Assembly: GCA_965227515.1 (NCBI GenBank)
Contig: CBDDFZ010000001.1
Location: 1,088,001-1,152,000, forward strand
Origin: Alphaproteobacteria bacterium
Lineage (GTDB): Bacteria; Pseudomonadota; Alphaproteobacteria; CALKHQ01
Direction: 5' to 3'
Length of the DNA: 64,000 nucleotides
Each line of letters begins with the position of its first letter. The first letter of the stretch is position 1. Positions 11,966-22,199 of the stretch are shown one piece after another. The notes below the pieces were generated by a model that was not told where the DNA came from, did not search any database, and was given only the letters and a program-made list of their open reading frames with translations. The translations under genes and the position numbers were made by a program.

Positions 11966-12385
11966 AAAATATGAAGTAAACGTTAACCATGTTCGAATTC
12001 GCATAAAATTCGAGGAATCTTCCCTAGTGATCGCGCGGTTGCTAACGCACCGTCGACACCTAATTAATCGGTTGATTTCACAGAGTTTCTGGATTCGCCT
12101 ATAGTCGCCGTATCGAGTGTTTGCGGCCCGGCTGTGAGTTCACAAACAAGTTACCGCATGCGAATTGGCTTTGGCTCCTGTGGCGCGCGGCCCCGAGTCG
12201 CCGCGCCCCGAGTCGTTCCGTTCCGTCGTTGGCGTTGCGATGCGACCCAGGGTGCCTGCACGGCGAATTCGACGGCGTGCCGGGGCTTTGCATCGACCTT
12301 GGCCGGGACGACCAATGCCATCGCCAACAAGCGCGACGCGCCGCGTCCGTGAACGCAGCGCGCCTCGCCCGGCAATGCCTTTCGC

Positions 12386-12976
12386 TCAGCCCTCCGGATT
12401 GGGGTCGGGGTAGAACGGAGACGGTTCGAACTCCGATCCGCCGCTGCCGAAGCCGACATGCCATTGCCGGTCGCAGATCTTCATGTTGCCGTTCTCGTAG
12501 TACTCATAATGGCCGCTGCCGCCGGCGCTGAACACGCCGGAAATCGCCCGGCCGACGGCGCGGATGGCCTTGCCCAACCAGCTGAAGAAGCCTTTGGATT
12601 CGGCCGCGTCCATCTCGACAGCCTGCTGCGTGATCGGCCGATCGATGGTGAAGCCCTGATCGGCCAGGGCCGCGATCGCGGCACTGCGCAGTCCCGGCAT
12701 GGCCGAGTCCGCGCTCGCCAGGGTTTCCTGGCAATAGCCGTCGGCAACCCAGGCTGCCGCACCGCGTTGCGCCTGGGCTTGCGTGTATTGCCCGGTGAAC
12801 GCGATGCGCTGGGCCAGCAGATGGCGAATGCCGTCAAGATCGCCGGTCAGGCAGTAGGTGTAGGTCATGGCGCGCACTTCCGGGTTCACCGGCAACTCGG
12901 CCATCGTGGATTGCGCGAAGACAGTCGACGCCGAGGCAAACAGCATCACCGCCGCGATGATTACGCGTTTGAACAT
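12386..12976 (-). CDS. Hypothetical secreted protein
   Basis: Signal peptide MFKRVIIAAVMLFASASTVFA; upstream GGAG; coding-like composition. Confidence 0.8.
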   Translation of the reverse strand: MFKRVIIAAVMLFASASTVFAQSTMAELPVNPEVRAMTYTYCLTGDLDGIRHLLAQRIAFTGQYTQAQAQRGAAAWVADGYCQETLASADSAMPGLRSAAIAALADQGFTIDRPITQQAVEMDAAESKGFFSWLGKAIRAVGRAISGVFSAGGSGHYEYYENGNMKICDRQWHVGFGSGGSEFEPSPFYPDPNPEG

Positions 12977-13144
12977 GTCAACTACTCCAGTCGTGGTCAG
13001 GGTGGAAACGACCCCTGCTACGCACTGGCTCGGCGACCCCTGCGCGCTGTTCACGAACCCGTGATGACAGGGGCTGACTAAGGCGCAAATTGGGCATTTG
13101 GGTGGTGTTCGGCGGGCACCGAATCAGCGTGAGCCGATCCCGAT

Positions 13145-14143
13145 CTAAGCGGGTGACGGCAGCGCCAGCCGCAACAGGTCGCCGTCGGCGGCGTAGTCGC
13201 CGTCACTGCCGGCGAGCGACTGGTAGTGGGCACGGATATTGGCGGCCGCCGTACCGTGGGCGCGGTTGAGCTGGCCGCGTTCGATGCGTGCCGGCGCCAG
13301 CTCGACGCTGGCGGGACGATTGCCCTCGAACCGCACGGTGAACACCAGCGACCAGAGGTTCTGGTAGCCGAGGAAGCGCCAGTAGTCGGAAATGGTGTCG
13401 CCGGTGTCGTAGAGGATAACGCCGTCGCCATGCGGCTCGGCGCGCTGGAAGATGTGCGCGGAGTGGCCGTGCACCACGGCCGCGCCGGCGTCGATCATGC
13501 GGCGGGCGAATTGCTGGAAGTGCAACGGCGGCTCGCGGCGGAAGTTCGGCCCCCAGTGCAGGCTGAGGATGACGATATCGACTTCCTTGGCCAGCGTGCG
13601 GATGCGCGCGGCCAGCGCCAGCGCCTGGTCGCTGTCCGGCAGGATGCGCATGAAGTTGGTGCCCGAGCGCGCTGCCGTGGCGCCGAATTCCGGCACGTTG
13701 TCGGTGGCGCCGATGATGGCGATGCGCTTGCCGCCCAGGGTCAGCAGCGCCGGTTCGGCGGCGTCGTCGGCGTTCAGCCCGGCGCCGCAATGGGCGATGT
13801 CGCCGTCGTCCAGGAACCGCAGGGTGTCGGCCAGCCCCGGCCGGTCGAAGTCCAGCATGTGGTTGTTGGCCAGATTGACCGCGCGCACGTTGCCGGCGCG
13901 CAGCACGTCCACCGCCCAGGGCCGGGCGCGGAAGTGGAACGCCTTGGTCACCCCCAGGCGCCACGGCCGCGGGTGGGTGGTGATCGGGCACTCCAGATTG
14001 GCGATCACCCCGTCGGCGTCGGTCAGCAGGGGCGCCACGTCGCCCCACACCCATTCCGGCGGGTGCTCCTCCAGCACGAAGTTGAACTCGCGCGCCAGCA
14101 TCACGTCGCCCAGGAACACCAGCTTGGGGCCGGCGGCGGTCAC
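13145..14143 (-). CDS. CapA/PgsA family metallophosphoesterase
   Basis: FLGDVML, ANLECPIT, NLANNHMLDF, SLHWG, HGHSAH; GTG start inferred. Confidence 0.92.
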   Translation of the reverse strand: MTAAGPKLVFLGDVMLAREFNFVLEEHPPEWVWGDVAPLLTDADGVIANLECPITTHPRPWRLGVTKAFHFRARPWAVDVLRAGNVRAVNLANNHMLDFDRPGLADTLRFLDDGDIAHCGAGLNADDAAEPALLTLGGKRIAIIGATDNVPEFGATAARSGTNFMRILPDSDQALALAARIRTLAKEVDIVILSLHWGPNFRREPPLHFQQFARRMIDAGAAVVHGHSAHIFQRAEPHGDGVILYDTGDTISDYWRFLGYQNLWSLVFTVRFEGNRPASVELAPARIERGQLNRAHGTAAANIRAHYQSLAGSDGDYAADGDLLRLALPSPA

Positions 14144-14190
14144 GTTTCGGCTGGCTCTTGTCGGGTCACGCCGGTCAGTCGATCGCCCGG

Positions 14191-14628
14191 TCAGTCGATG
14201 GCGATGTCGCGGCGCGCCGCCGACAGCGACACCGTGAACCCGGCGACCACGTTGACCAGGCTGATCACCGTCAACACGAAGAAGCTGGACGTGCCTGTCG
14301 CCGGCAGCAGCAGGAAGCACAACAGGCAGACCACGAACACCGCCATGGTGACGACGTGGTTCAGCGCGGTGGCGCGGCTGGTCCGCGTCGACTTGATGAT
14401 GTCGATCAACAGCGCGAACAGGGCCAGCGCCAGCAGCAGGTCGACCAGCCGCAGGCTCCACAGCGCGTCGGAGAACAGCGGCACCGCCACCAGTTCGCCA
14501 TCCAGCAGCGTGTTGTCGATCAGCGCGAGGACGATGTGGATTGCGACCACGATGCCGAGGAACGGGATGAACGAAATGACACCGGTCTTGCGGTCGCTCG
14601 GCCGGCCGTCACCCAGATTGACCACCAT
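14191..14628 (-). CDS. Hypothetical membrane protein (4 TM)
   Basis: Four hydrophobic segments, C-terminal AARRDIAID, RBS GGAG. Confidence 0.8.
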   Translation of the reverse strand: MVVNLGDGRPSDRKTGVISFIPFLGIVVAIHIVLALIDNTLLDGELVAVPLFSDALWSLRLVDLLLALALFALLIDIIKSTRTSRATALNHVVTMAVFVVCLLCFLLLPATGTSSFFVLTVISLVNVVAGFTVSLSAARRDIAID

Positions 14629-14754
14629 CGTGTTCTCCGTCTGCTGTCGCGGTGCATGTGCGATCCGATATGGGGGCGAATCGCCGTGACCTCCAGGGAA
14701 CTTACCCTATGAATCGCACCATATCATGGCGGCCCGGATTGTTTCGGCGGCCCG

Positions 14755-15114
14755 CTAGCCCTGGGCGCAGGACACGCACGTTGGCGCGGCCGGGTCCAGC
14801 TCCAGGCGTTTCGGCTCGATGGGCTCGCCGCACTGCACGCAGTCGCCGTACTCGTCGTCCTCGATCCGCTTGAGCGCGGCGTCGATGCGCTGCAGCGCGA
14901 CCTCGCGCCGGCGGGTCTGCTCCTGCGCCATCGCCTGGTCCTGCATCGCATCCATTCGCGACAGGCGGCCCAGGCGCTGCTGGTCCAGTTCGACGGGAGC
15001 GCGGTCCTCCTCGGTGGTGTCGACCAGGTCCCGCAGTTCTGCGCGCATCTCCATCAGGCGCTTGCGCGCGGCGTCGACATCGATCGCTTCCGGAGTGTCG
15101 GCCATGGCGGTCAC
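14755..15114 (-). CDS. TraR/DksA C4-type zinc finger protein
   Basis: ELDQQRLGRLSRMDAMQ, EYGDCVQCGEPI..RLE...CVSC. Confidence 0.92.
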   Translation of the reverse strand: MTAMADTPEAIDVDAARKRLMEMRAELRDLVDTTEEDRAPVELDQQRLGRLSRMDAMQDQAMAQEQTRRREVALQRIDAALKRIEDDEYGDCVQCGEPIEPKRLELDPAAPTCVSCAQG

Positions 15115-15132
15115 CGCACCGGCCTGGGGGCG

Positions 15133-15885
<753 letters not shown>

Positions 15886-15961
15886 CGGGTCCTCCCAGTT
15901 TGGCCCGGTGCGCCGAGCCATGTTGTTAGGAGACCACTCTAGAGGCGACGGTGCGGTCCGG

Positions 15962-16702
15962 CTACCAGGTTCGGAAGCGGCCGGTATCCATGTGCAGGAA
16001 GTTGGAGCTGGGGTAGTAGCCGACCCCGCCCGCGGCCAGGTCAAGGGCGGCATCGCGCAGCACCGACAGCGGGATCTGGGGCACGGTGATGTCCATCGCC
16101 CGGCCCTGCATGTGCAGGCTGTCCCTGGCGACGCCGGAATGGCCGCTGTCGATCAGCATCTGGTTGGTCGCCGGAGAGCGATAGCCCGACAGCACCACGA
16201 ACTCCGGCGCGGTGCCGGTGCGCTGGGCGACCGCCCACACCATGTCCAGGAGCTTGGTGTCGACGGTGATTTCCTCGCCGGTGCGCCAGTCGCGCATGAA
16301 GCGCTTCATCTTGGACAGCTCGTTCTGGTCGTAGTCGCCGCGCTGCCAGTACATGGTCTGCAGCGTCTCTTGGGTGTGGGCGTTGCGCAGCTTCAGCACC
16401 CGGGGCGTCAGCCCCCATTCGGTCGGACCGCGCCACGGGCTGACCCCCACGTCGGGCTCGAAGAAGCCTTCGTTGGTCGGGCGGGTGAACAGGCTGAACC
16501 CGTCGCCGGTGTTGCGGTAGATCGACGGTGAGCCGGCCAGCGCCGGGCCGGCGGCCAAGCTGAGAGCGGCGGCACCCAGGGTGCGCAACGCATGGCGTCG
16601 GCTCGGCCGGTCAGGCGAGCCGTTCGGCGTCAAGACGTCCTGATGTTCTGTTCCGTCCGGGCACGCCTGCGGGCGCGCGGACGACGGGGAGCTGTTGCGC
16701 AT
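15962..16702 (-). CDS. YcbK/MepK (DUF882, peptidase M15) murein endopeptidase, Tat-exported
   Basis: SRRHALR Tat motif, SGYRSPATN, SLHMQGRAMD, GGVGYYP...HMDTG. Confidence 0.92.
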   Translation of the reverse strand: MRNSSPSSARPQACPDGTEHQDVLTPNGSPDRPSRRHALRTLGAAALSLAAGPALAGSPSIYRNTGDGFSLFTRPTNEGFFEPDVGVSPWRGPTEWGLTPRVLKLRNAHTQETLQTMYWQRGDYDQNELSKMKRFMRDWRTGEEITVDTKLLDMVWAVAQRTGTAPEFVVLSGYRSPATNQMLIDSGHSGVARDSLHMQGRAMDITVPQIPLSVLRDAALDLAAGGVGYYPSSNFLHMDTGRFRTW

Positions 16703-16791
16703 GACGTGTCCTTAGTCGGCCCATGGTGAACCGATCGCTAACGCGCGCAATCAATTTTCGCTGAATTGCGGAGATGGCCGGTTTGTCGCAG

Positions 16792-17418
16792 CTATTTCGG
16801 CGCGCCGGCCATGATCTCCGTGGCGAGCGCGGTGATGGCGGACCAGTCCGCGGCCGCGATCAGGTTCGCCGGCATCATCCAGGTACCGCCGACGCAGGCC
16901 ACGTTCGGCTGCGCCAGGTAGTTGCGGTAGTTGTCCATGTTCAGCCCGCCGGTGGGGCAGAAGATGGTGTCGGGGAACAGCGGGTACATCGCCTTCAGGG
17001 TGGCGGTGCCGCCGGTCTGTTCGGCCGGAAAGAACTTCAGCGCGTGGAACCCGGCCTCGCGCGCGCGCATGACCTCAGAAATCGTCTGCGCGCCCGGCAG
17101 CAGCGGCACGTCGCACCGCCGCGAAGCATCGATCAGCGGTTGCGTCAGGCCGGGGCTGACCGCGAATGCCGCCGCCTGGTCGGCCGACGCATCGAGCTGT
17201 GCCGGCGTCAGCACCGTGCCGACGCCGACGGTGGCGTGCGGCAGCGCTTCCTGCAGCGCGGCAACCGCCTCCAGCGCCAGCGGCGTGCGCAGGGTGATCT
17301 CCAGGGTGTCCATGCCGCCCGCGCTCAGCGCGCGCCCCAGCGCCACCGTCTCCTCCACGTCGTTGACCGTGATGACGGGGATCACCCGTGCGGTCGTCAG
17401 CATATGTGGCAGGTTCAT
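16792..17418 (-). CDS. eda: KDPG/KHG aldolase
   Basis: EITLRT, VGVGTV, AVSPG, LKFFPA, FCPTGG, CVGGTW. Confidence 0.95.
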   Translation of the reverse strand: MNLPHMLTTARVIPVITVNDVEETVALGRALSAGGMDTLEITLRTPLALEAVAALQEALPHATVGVGTVLTPAQLDASADQAAAFAVSPGLTQPLIDASRRCDVPLLPGAQTISEVMRAREAGFHALKFFPAEQTGGTATLKAMYPLFPDTIFCPTGGLNMDNYRNYLAQPNVACVGGTWMMPANLIAAADWSAITALATEIMAGAPK

Positions 17419-17688
17419 GGCGAATTCCCTGGATTTCCGTGGATTTGTAAACGGGAGCGCGGTTTGTGGCGCAGCGGCGGCAGCACCCCGCCTGCGTTAA
17501 CGATACACCACCACAGTTGATCGCTAACATTTCAATTTTTGCGCAAATGCGTGCCATAGCCGCACGCCACCTTGATCTCCAACGCCGGACTGCGGCGGAG
17601 ATCGCGCGCCTGTCCCCTTGCATCGGTTGGTGCATGTGGCGCGCGGTCGCGCCGGCGGAGACACACGACCTGAACGTGGGAGATCAAG

Positions 17689-18195
17689 ATGATCCGTAAT
17701 GCAAAGGCAATGATTGCCGCCCTGACTGCTACCACCGCCCTGGCTGCCGCTCTGGCGACCGGCGCATCCGCCGCCGAGACCGATGCCAGCGACCTGTTCG
17801 AGGGCTGCACCACCCAACACTGGGAAGCCTATGGCGATGCCGTCGAGAACATGGATGGCGACGCGCTGATGATCCTGGTGCGCGAGATCGAGACCTGCGA
17901 GCCGCTGCGCAACACCGCGCGTGTGCTGTTGTGCGAGATCGATCCGGTGGCATGCCTGCCGCTGGTCGAGCCGGCCGCTGGCGATCCTCAGGAGCGCCCG
18001 GCGTTCTTCGGTGTTCCCGAGGGCCCGTACGCCATCGTCGACCCCTATGGTCCGCAGGGGCCGAATGACGGCGGCAACACCAACCCGACCAACCATGGCG
18101 ATGTCGGCCCGCCGTCCAGCAGCGGCAACGACCGCCCCGGCATCGATACCGGCGGCGACACCTTCCAGCAGGGATCGTTCACGATCCAGCAGTAA
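17689..18195 (+). CDS. Hypothetical secreted acidic protein
   Basis: Signal peptide, 4 Cys, Pro/Gly/Asn-rich tail; RBS GGGAG; followed by terminator. Confidence 0.75.
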   Translation: MIRNAKAMIAALTATTALAAALATGASAAETDASDLFEGCTTQHWEAYGDAVENMDGDALMILVREIETCEPLRNTARVLLCEIDPVACLPLVEPAAGDPQERPAFFGVPEGPYAIVDPYGPQGPNDGGNTNPTNHGDVGPPSSSGNDRPGIDTGGDTFQQGSFTIQQ

Positions 18196-18247
18196 CCCAA
18201 TTCATCCGCGCGTTGAGTATCAGTGGCGTGCTCTAGCGGATGGGAGC

Positions 18248-18286
18248 GGCCGCCGGTCAGGATCGACCGGCGGCCATCTCTTTTTT
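18248..18286 (+). terminator. Intrinsic terminator
   Basis: GGCCGCCGGTC/GACCGGCGGCC stem followed by a T-tract. Confidence 0.75.
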
Positions 18287-18317
18287 GGTCACGTCGGCGT
18301 CAGCCCGCTGGAACACA

Positions 18318-18878
18318 TCACCGATGGCCGGCGGCCAGTGCGACATAGTGGTCGGCGTTCCAGGCCAGATAGCCGGCTTCCTCGTCGCTGAGGCTGCGCT
18401 TCATGCGCGCCGGGTTGCCGACCCAGAGCTCGCGCGACTGCATCACCTTGCCGGGCGCCAGCACACTGCCGGCGGCCAGCATCGACTGCGGCTTCATTTC
18501 CGCCCCGTCCAGCACGATCGCGCCAATGCCGACCAGCGCACTGTCGCCGACCGTGCAGCCATGCAGCTTGGCGGCGTGCCCAACCGTGACGTTGGCGCCG
18601 ATGATGGTCGGCAGTTCGCGGCGGTCGTCGTTGAACACGTGAATGATGGTGCCATCCTGCACGTTCGACCGCGCGCCGACCACGATGCGGCTGTCGTCGC
18701 CGCGCAGCACGCAGGCGTACCAGATGTTCGCCTCCGGCCCGATGGTCACGTCGCCCACCACAACCGCGCCCGGCGCCACATAGGCGGTCGGGTCGATCCG
18801 CGGCCACTGGCCGGCGAACGGGCGGATGATCGCGCCTGGGTGGGCGGCCAGCAGCCGTTCCGGATCGATGTCTGTCAT
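18318..18878 (-). CDS. Gamma carbonic anhydrase family protein (hexapeptide repeat)
   Basis: VLRGD, SNVQDGTIIH, TVGHAAKLHGC, WVGNPAR. Confidence 0.93.
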   Translation of the reverse strand: MTDIDPERLLAAHPGAIIRPFAGQWPRIDPTAYVAPGAVVVGDVTIGPEANIWYACVLRGDDSRIVVGARSNVQDGTIIHVFNDDRRELPTIIGANVTVGHAAKLHGCTVGDSALVGIGAIVLDGAEMKPQSMLAAGSVLAPGKVMQSRELWVGNPARMKRSLSDEEAGYLAWNADHYVALAAGHR

Positions 18879-18909
18879 GGTGTTTGGGTCCCGTGTTGCG
18901 ATGCCAATC

Positions 18910-19848
18910 CTACAATCCAGTACGCGCCTTGTGGGCGATCAGGTCCATCAGCCGCTCGTCGCGCCACGCTTGGCGCTCGTCCAGCTTGTCGGCCGGCAGC
19001 AGCTCGCGGCGCTGACCCTCCACCAGGTCCAGCAGTTCGTCGCCCAGATCGGGCGTTGGGCCCATGCTCTCCAGATAGGATTCCATCACCCCGCGATAGC
19101 GGGTCAGGTAGTCGCGGATGCCGCCGGGCGCATTGAGGTCGATGGTCTCCATCGGGCCCATGAACGCCCAGCGCAGGCCGATGCCGTCGCGCAGCCCGAT
19201 GTCCACGTCTTCCACCGTCGCATAGCCGTCGCGGACCAGCCGCAGCGCCTCCAGGATCAGGGCGGCCTGCATGCGGTTCATGATGAAGCCGGCCACTTCC
19301 TTGCGCATCACGATCGGCGCATGGCCGGCGTCGCGCATCAGGGCGGCGGTGCGGTCGACGCTGGCCTGGTCGGTCCATGGCGAGGGCACCACTTCGACGG
19401 CCGGCACCAGATAGGGCGGGTTGATCGGGTGGGCGACGAGGCAACGATGGGTGCCGGGCAGCCCCTCGGTGAACGCCGATGGCAGGATGGCGGAGGTGGA
19501 GCTGGCGATCACGGTGCCCGGGCCGGCGGCGGCGTCCAGCTCGGCGAACACCTGGCGCTTGGTCTCGACGTTTTCGAACACGCATTCCTGCACGTGGGCC
19601 GCACCGTCCAGGGTGTGGGCCAGATCGTCGGTCGCGGCGATGCGGGCGCCGACCTCGGCCGGGGTCTGGCCGCGAAGCAGATCGCGCTCGGCCAGCATGT
19701 CGAGCAGCTCCAGCGCCGTGCCGCGCGATTTTTCCGCCGCGCCGGCCGCGGAATCGTAGAGCCGCACCTGCGCGCCCGCCCGTGCGAAGCTGATCGACCA
19801 CGCACGGCCCACCAGGCCCGCCCCGATCACCGCGATATTCCCGTTCAT
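18910..19848 (-). CDS. 3-hydroxyacyl-CoA dehydrogenase family (lambda-crystallin/L-gulonate dehydrogenase-like)
   Basis: IGAGLVG, QECVFE, ASSTS, AHPINPPYL, GLRWAFMGP. Confidence 0.9.
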   Translation of the reverse strand: MNGNIAVIGAGLVGRAWSISFARAGAQVRLYDSAAGAAEKSRGTALELLDMLAERDLLRGQTPAEVGARIAATDDLAHTLDGAAHVQECVFENVETKRQVFAELDAAAGPGTVIASSTSAILPSAFTEGLPGTHRCLVAHPINPPYLVPAVEVVPSPWTDQASVDRTAALMRDAGHAPIVMRKEVAGFIMNRMQAALILEALRLVRDGYATVEDVDIGLRDGIGLRWAFMGPMETIDLNAPGGIRDYLTRYRGVMESYLESMGPTPDLGDELLDLVEGQRRELLPADKLDERQAWRDERLMDLIAHKARTGL

Positions 19849-19988
19849 ACCTGTCCTCCCCTCTCGCCGTTCCGGCCCGTTCTTCAAATCGGCGGCACAA
19901 TGCGCGGGATTTGCAGCCCTGTCACTGGCAAGAGGCAAGTTCCACCGGTATTTTGCGCGCTCGGTTCCACCTGACGGAAAGGCTCCGC

Positions 19989-21209
19989 ATGCCCGGACCT
20001 CTAGACGGATTGCGCGTGTTCGATCTCAGCCGCATCCTGGCCGGCCCCACCTGCACCCAGCTGCTCGGCGACCTGGGCGCCGACGTGGTGAAGGTGGAGC
20101 GCCCCAATGCCGGCGACGACACCCGCGCCTGGGGCCCGCCCTACCTGCAGGACGCCGACGGCGCCGACACCACCGAGAGCGCCTATTACCTGGCCGCCAA
20201 CCGCAACAAGCGCTCGATCGCCATCGACCTGGGGGCGGAGGCGGGACAGGCGCTGATCCGCCGGATGCTGGCCGAGGCCGACATCATGATCGAGAACTTC
20301 AAGGTCGGCGGGCTCAGGCGCTACGGCCTTGCCTACGATCAGGTCGCGGCCGACTTCCCGCGCCTGATCTATTGCTCGATCACCGGTTTCGGGCAGTTCG
20401 GCCCCTATGCGGAACGCGCCGGCTACGACATCATCGCCCAGGCGATGGGCGGCATCATGAGCATCACCGGCCAGCCGGACGGGCCGCCGACCAAGGTCGG
20501 TGTCGGCATTGCCGACGTGATGACGGGGATGTATGCCTGCAACGCCATCCTGGCCGCCCTGCACCACCGGGAGAAGACCGGCGAGGGCCAGCATATCGAC
20601 ATCTCGCTGCTCGACTGCCAGATGGCCTGGCTGATCAACGAGGGCACCAACTACCTGGTCTCCGGCAATACGCCGCAGCGGCGCGGCAACGAGCACCCGA
20701 ACATCGTGCCCTACACCGTGTTCCAGACCACCGACGGTTACGTCATCCTGGCCGTCGGCAACGACCGGCAGTTCCAGGACTGGTGCGCGTTCGCCGGCGC
20801 GACCGAGCTTGCCGCCGACCCGCGCTTCGCCACCAACGCGAACCGGGTGCGCCACCGTGTCGAGCTCTACGAGCTGATGCCGCCCTATATGCGCCAGCGC
20901 AGCAATGCGGAGTGGATCGACGGGCTGAGCGCGCGCGGCGTGCCCTGCAGCCCGGTCAACGACATCTCCCAGGCCCTGACCGATCCCCATGCCGCCGCCC
21001 GCGAGATGGTGATCGAGATGCCGCACCCGCTGGCGGGCGACGGCAAGGCGCCGATGCTGGGCAATCCGATCAAGTACTCCGCGACGCCGGTGAGCTATCG
21101 CAACCCGCCGCCGGTGCTGGGCCAGCACCAGGCCGAGGTGCTGCGCGACTGGCTGGACGCCGACGATGGCGCCATCGCCGGATGGCAGGCGGACGGCGCG
21201 TTCGGATAG
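19989..21209 (+). CDS. CaiB/BaiF family III CoA-transferase
   Basis: DLSRILAGP, DLGADVVKVE, NRNKRS, ENFKVG, GYDIIAQ. Confidence 0.95.
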   Translation: MPGPLDGLRVFDLSRILAGPTCTQLLGDLGADVVKVERPNAGDDTRAWGPPYLQDADGADTTESAYYLAANRNKRSIAIDLGAEAGQALIRRMLAEADIMIENFKVGGLRRYGLAYDQVAADFPRLIYCSITGFGQFGPYAERAGYDIIAQAMGGIMSITGQPDGPPTKVGVGIADVMTGMYACNAILAALHHREKTGEGQHIDISLLDCQMAWLINEGTNYLVSGNTPQRRGNEHPNIVPYTVFQTTDGYVILAVGNDRQFQDWCAFAGATELAADPRFATNANRVRHRVELYELMPPYMRQRSNAEWIDGLSARGVPCSPVNDISQALTDPHAAAREMVIEMPHPLAGDGKAPMLGNPIKYSATPVSYRNPPPVLGQHQAEVLRDWLDADDGAIAGWQADGAFG

Positions 21210-21517
21210 ATCGCGGGGCGGCATTCGCGCCGCATGAAATTGCTGTTGCGCCGGCATCCGGTCCTTCACATCCGGGACCGAACCGTGCGATATCACGTGA
21301 TGATGGCCAACCGGGGGCTGCGGCCGGCGACATGGCCGGCACGTCGGAAAGTGCGGTCCGGCCGGCCGGCGCAATCCCCAACATGGCGTAGCCTCCCCGA
21401 GGATCGGGCGGGGCGCGCGGCCCAGATGCACGATGCACGACGCACGATGTATCGGGCCGGCGCCAGGGTAGGGCTGAACGACGACCACACGGCATACGTG
21501 AGGGAGGATGCTGAGGG

Positions 21518-22147
21518 ATGTCAATTTTCGGGAAGGGAGAGCGTAGCGATGGCCAACCGGAGCGTAGCATGACCAGCGCGGCATCGGGGGGTGCGTCCAG
21601 CGCTGCCAGCGCCGCGAGCGGATCGGCCGCGGCCGCCACCGCGACGCCCAATCTGTCGGCGGTCCACAACACCGCGCCGGCTGCGTCCGGGGCGTCGGAT
21701 ATGTCGGTGGTCAGCCGTGGGCTGACGATCACCGGCGACGTCCAGGGCGACGACGATGTTCGTATCGACGGCACCGTCAAGGGCGATATCACCAGCCGCA
21801 CCCTGATCGTCAGCGAGGGCGCCACCGTCACCGGTTCGATCGATGCGGACACCATCGAGGTCCATGGCACGGTGGAAGGCGAGATCGTCGGCAAGACGGT
21901 GAAGATTTCCGGCAGCGGCAAGCTGGACGGCGATATTTCCTACACGACGCTGTCGATCAACGACGGCGCCGTCGTCAACGGGCAGCTGCGCCATTCGTCG
22001 TCCGCCAAGTCCGGCGGCGCCAAGTCCACATCGTCCGCATCCGCCGCGTCGTCGTCCGGCAAGCCGTCGGGCAAGGATAGCGCTTCATCCAATGAAAAGG
22101 GTGGCGACGACAAGGGCGGTGACGACAAGGGTGGCAGCGGGTCCTGA
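21518..22147 (+). CDS. Bactofilin (polymer-forming cytoskeletal protein)
   Basis: MSIFGK N-terminal peptide, Ser/Ala linker, single bactofilin beta-helix (SVVSRGLTITGDV...GAVVNG), disordered tail. Confidence 0.92.
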   Translation: MSIFGKGERSDGQPERSMTSAASGGASSAASAASGSAAAATATPNLSAVHNTAPAASGASDMSVVSRGLTITGDVQGDDDVRIDGTVKGDITSRTLIVSEGATVTGSIDADTIEVHGTVEGEIVGKTVKISGSGKLDGDISYTTLSINDGAVVNGQLRHSSSAKSGGAKSTSSASAASSSGKPSGKDSASSNEKGGDDKGGDDKGGSGS

Positions 22148-22199
22148 CCCTGACGTCCCCGTGTGACGATCCGGAACTGGGCACGGGCCGGAGCCTGCG

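Noticed and set aside
21210-21517. Possible riboswitch or leader upstream of the bactofilins
   Set aside because: No recognisable aptamer consensus or terminator; the short ORFs there look non-coding
22099-22140. Tandem repeat encoding KGGDD twice; similar GKGSKGGKGKG at the RlmE N-terminus
   Set aside because: Ordinary low-complexity coding linkers
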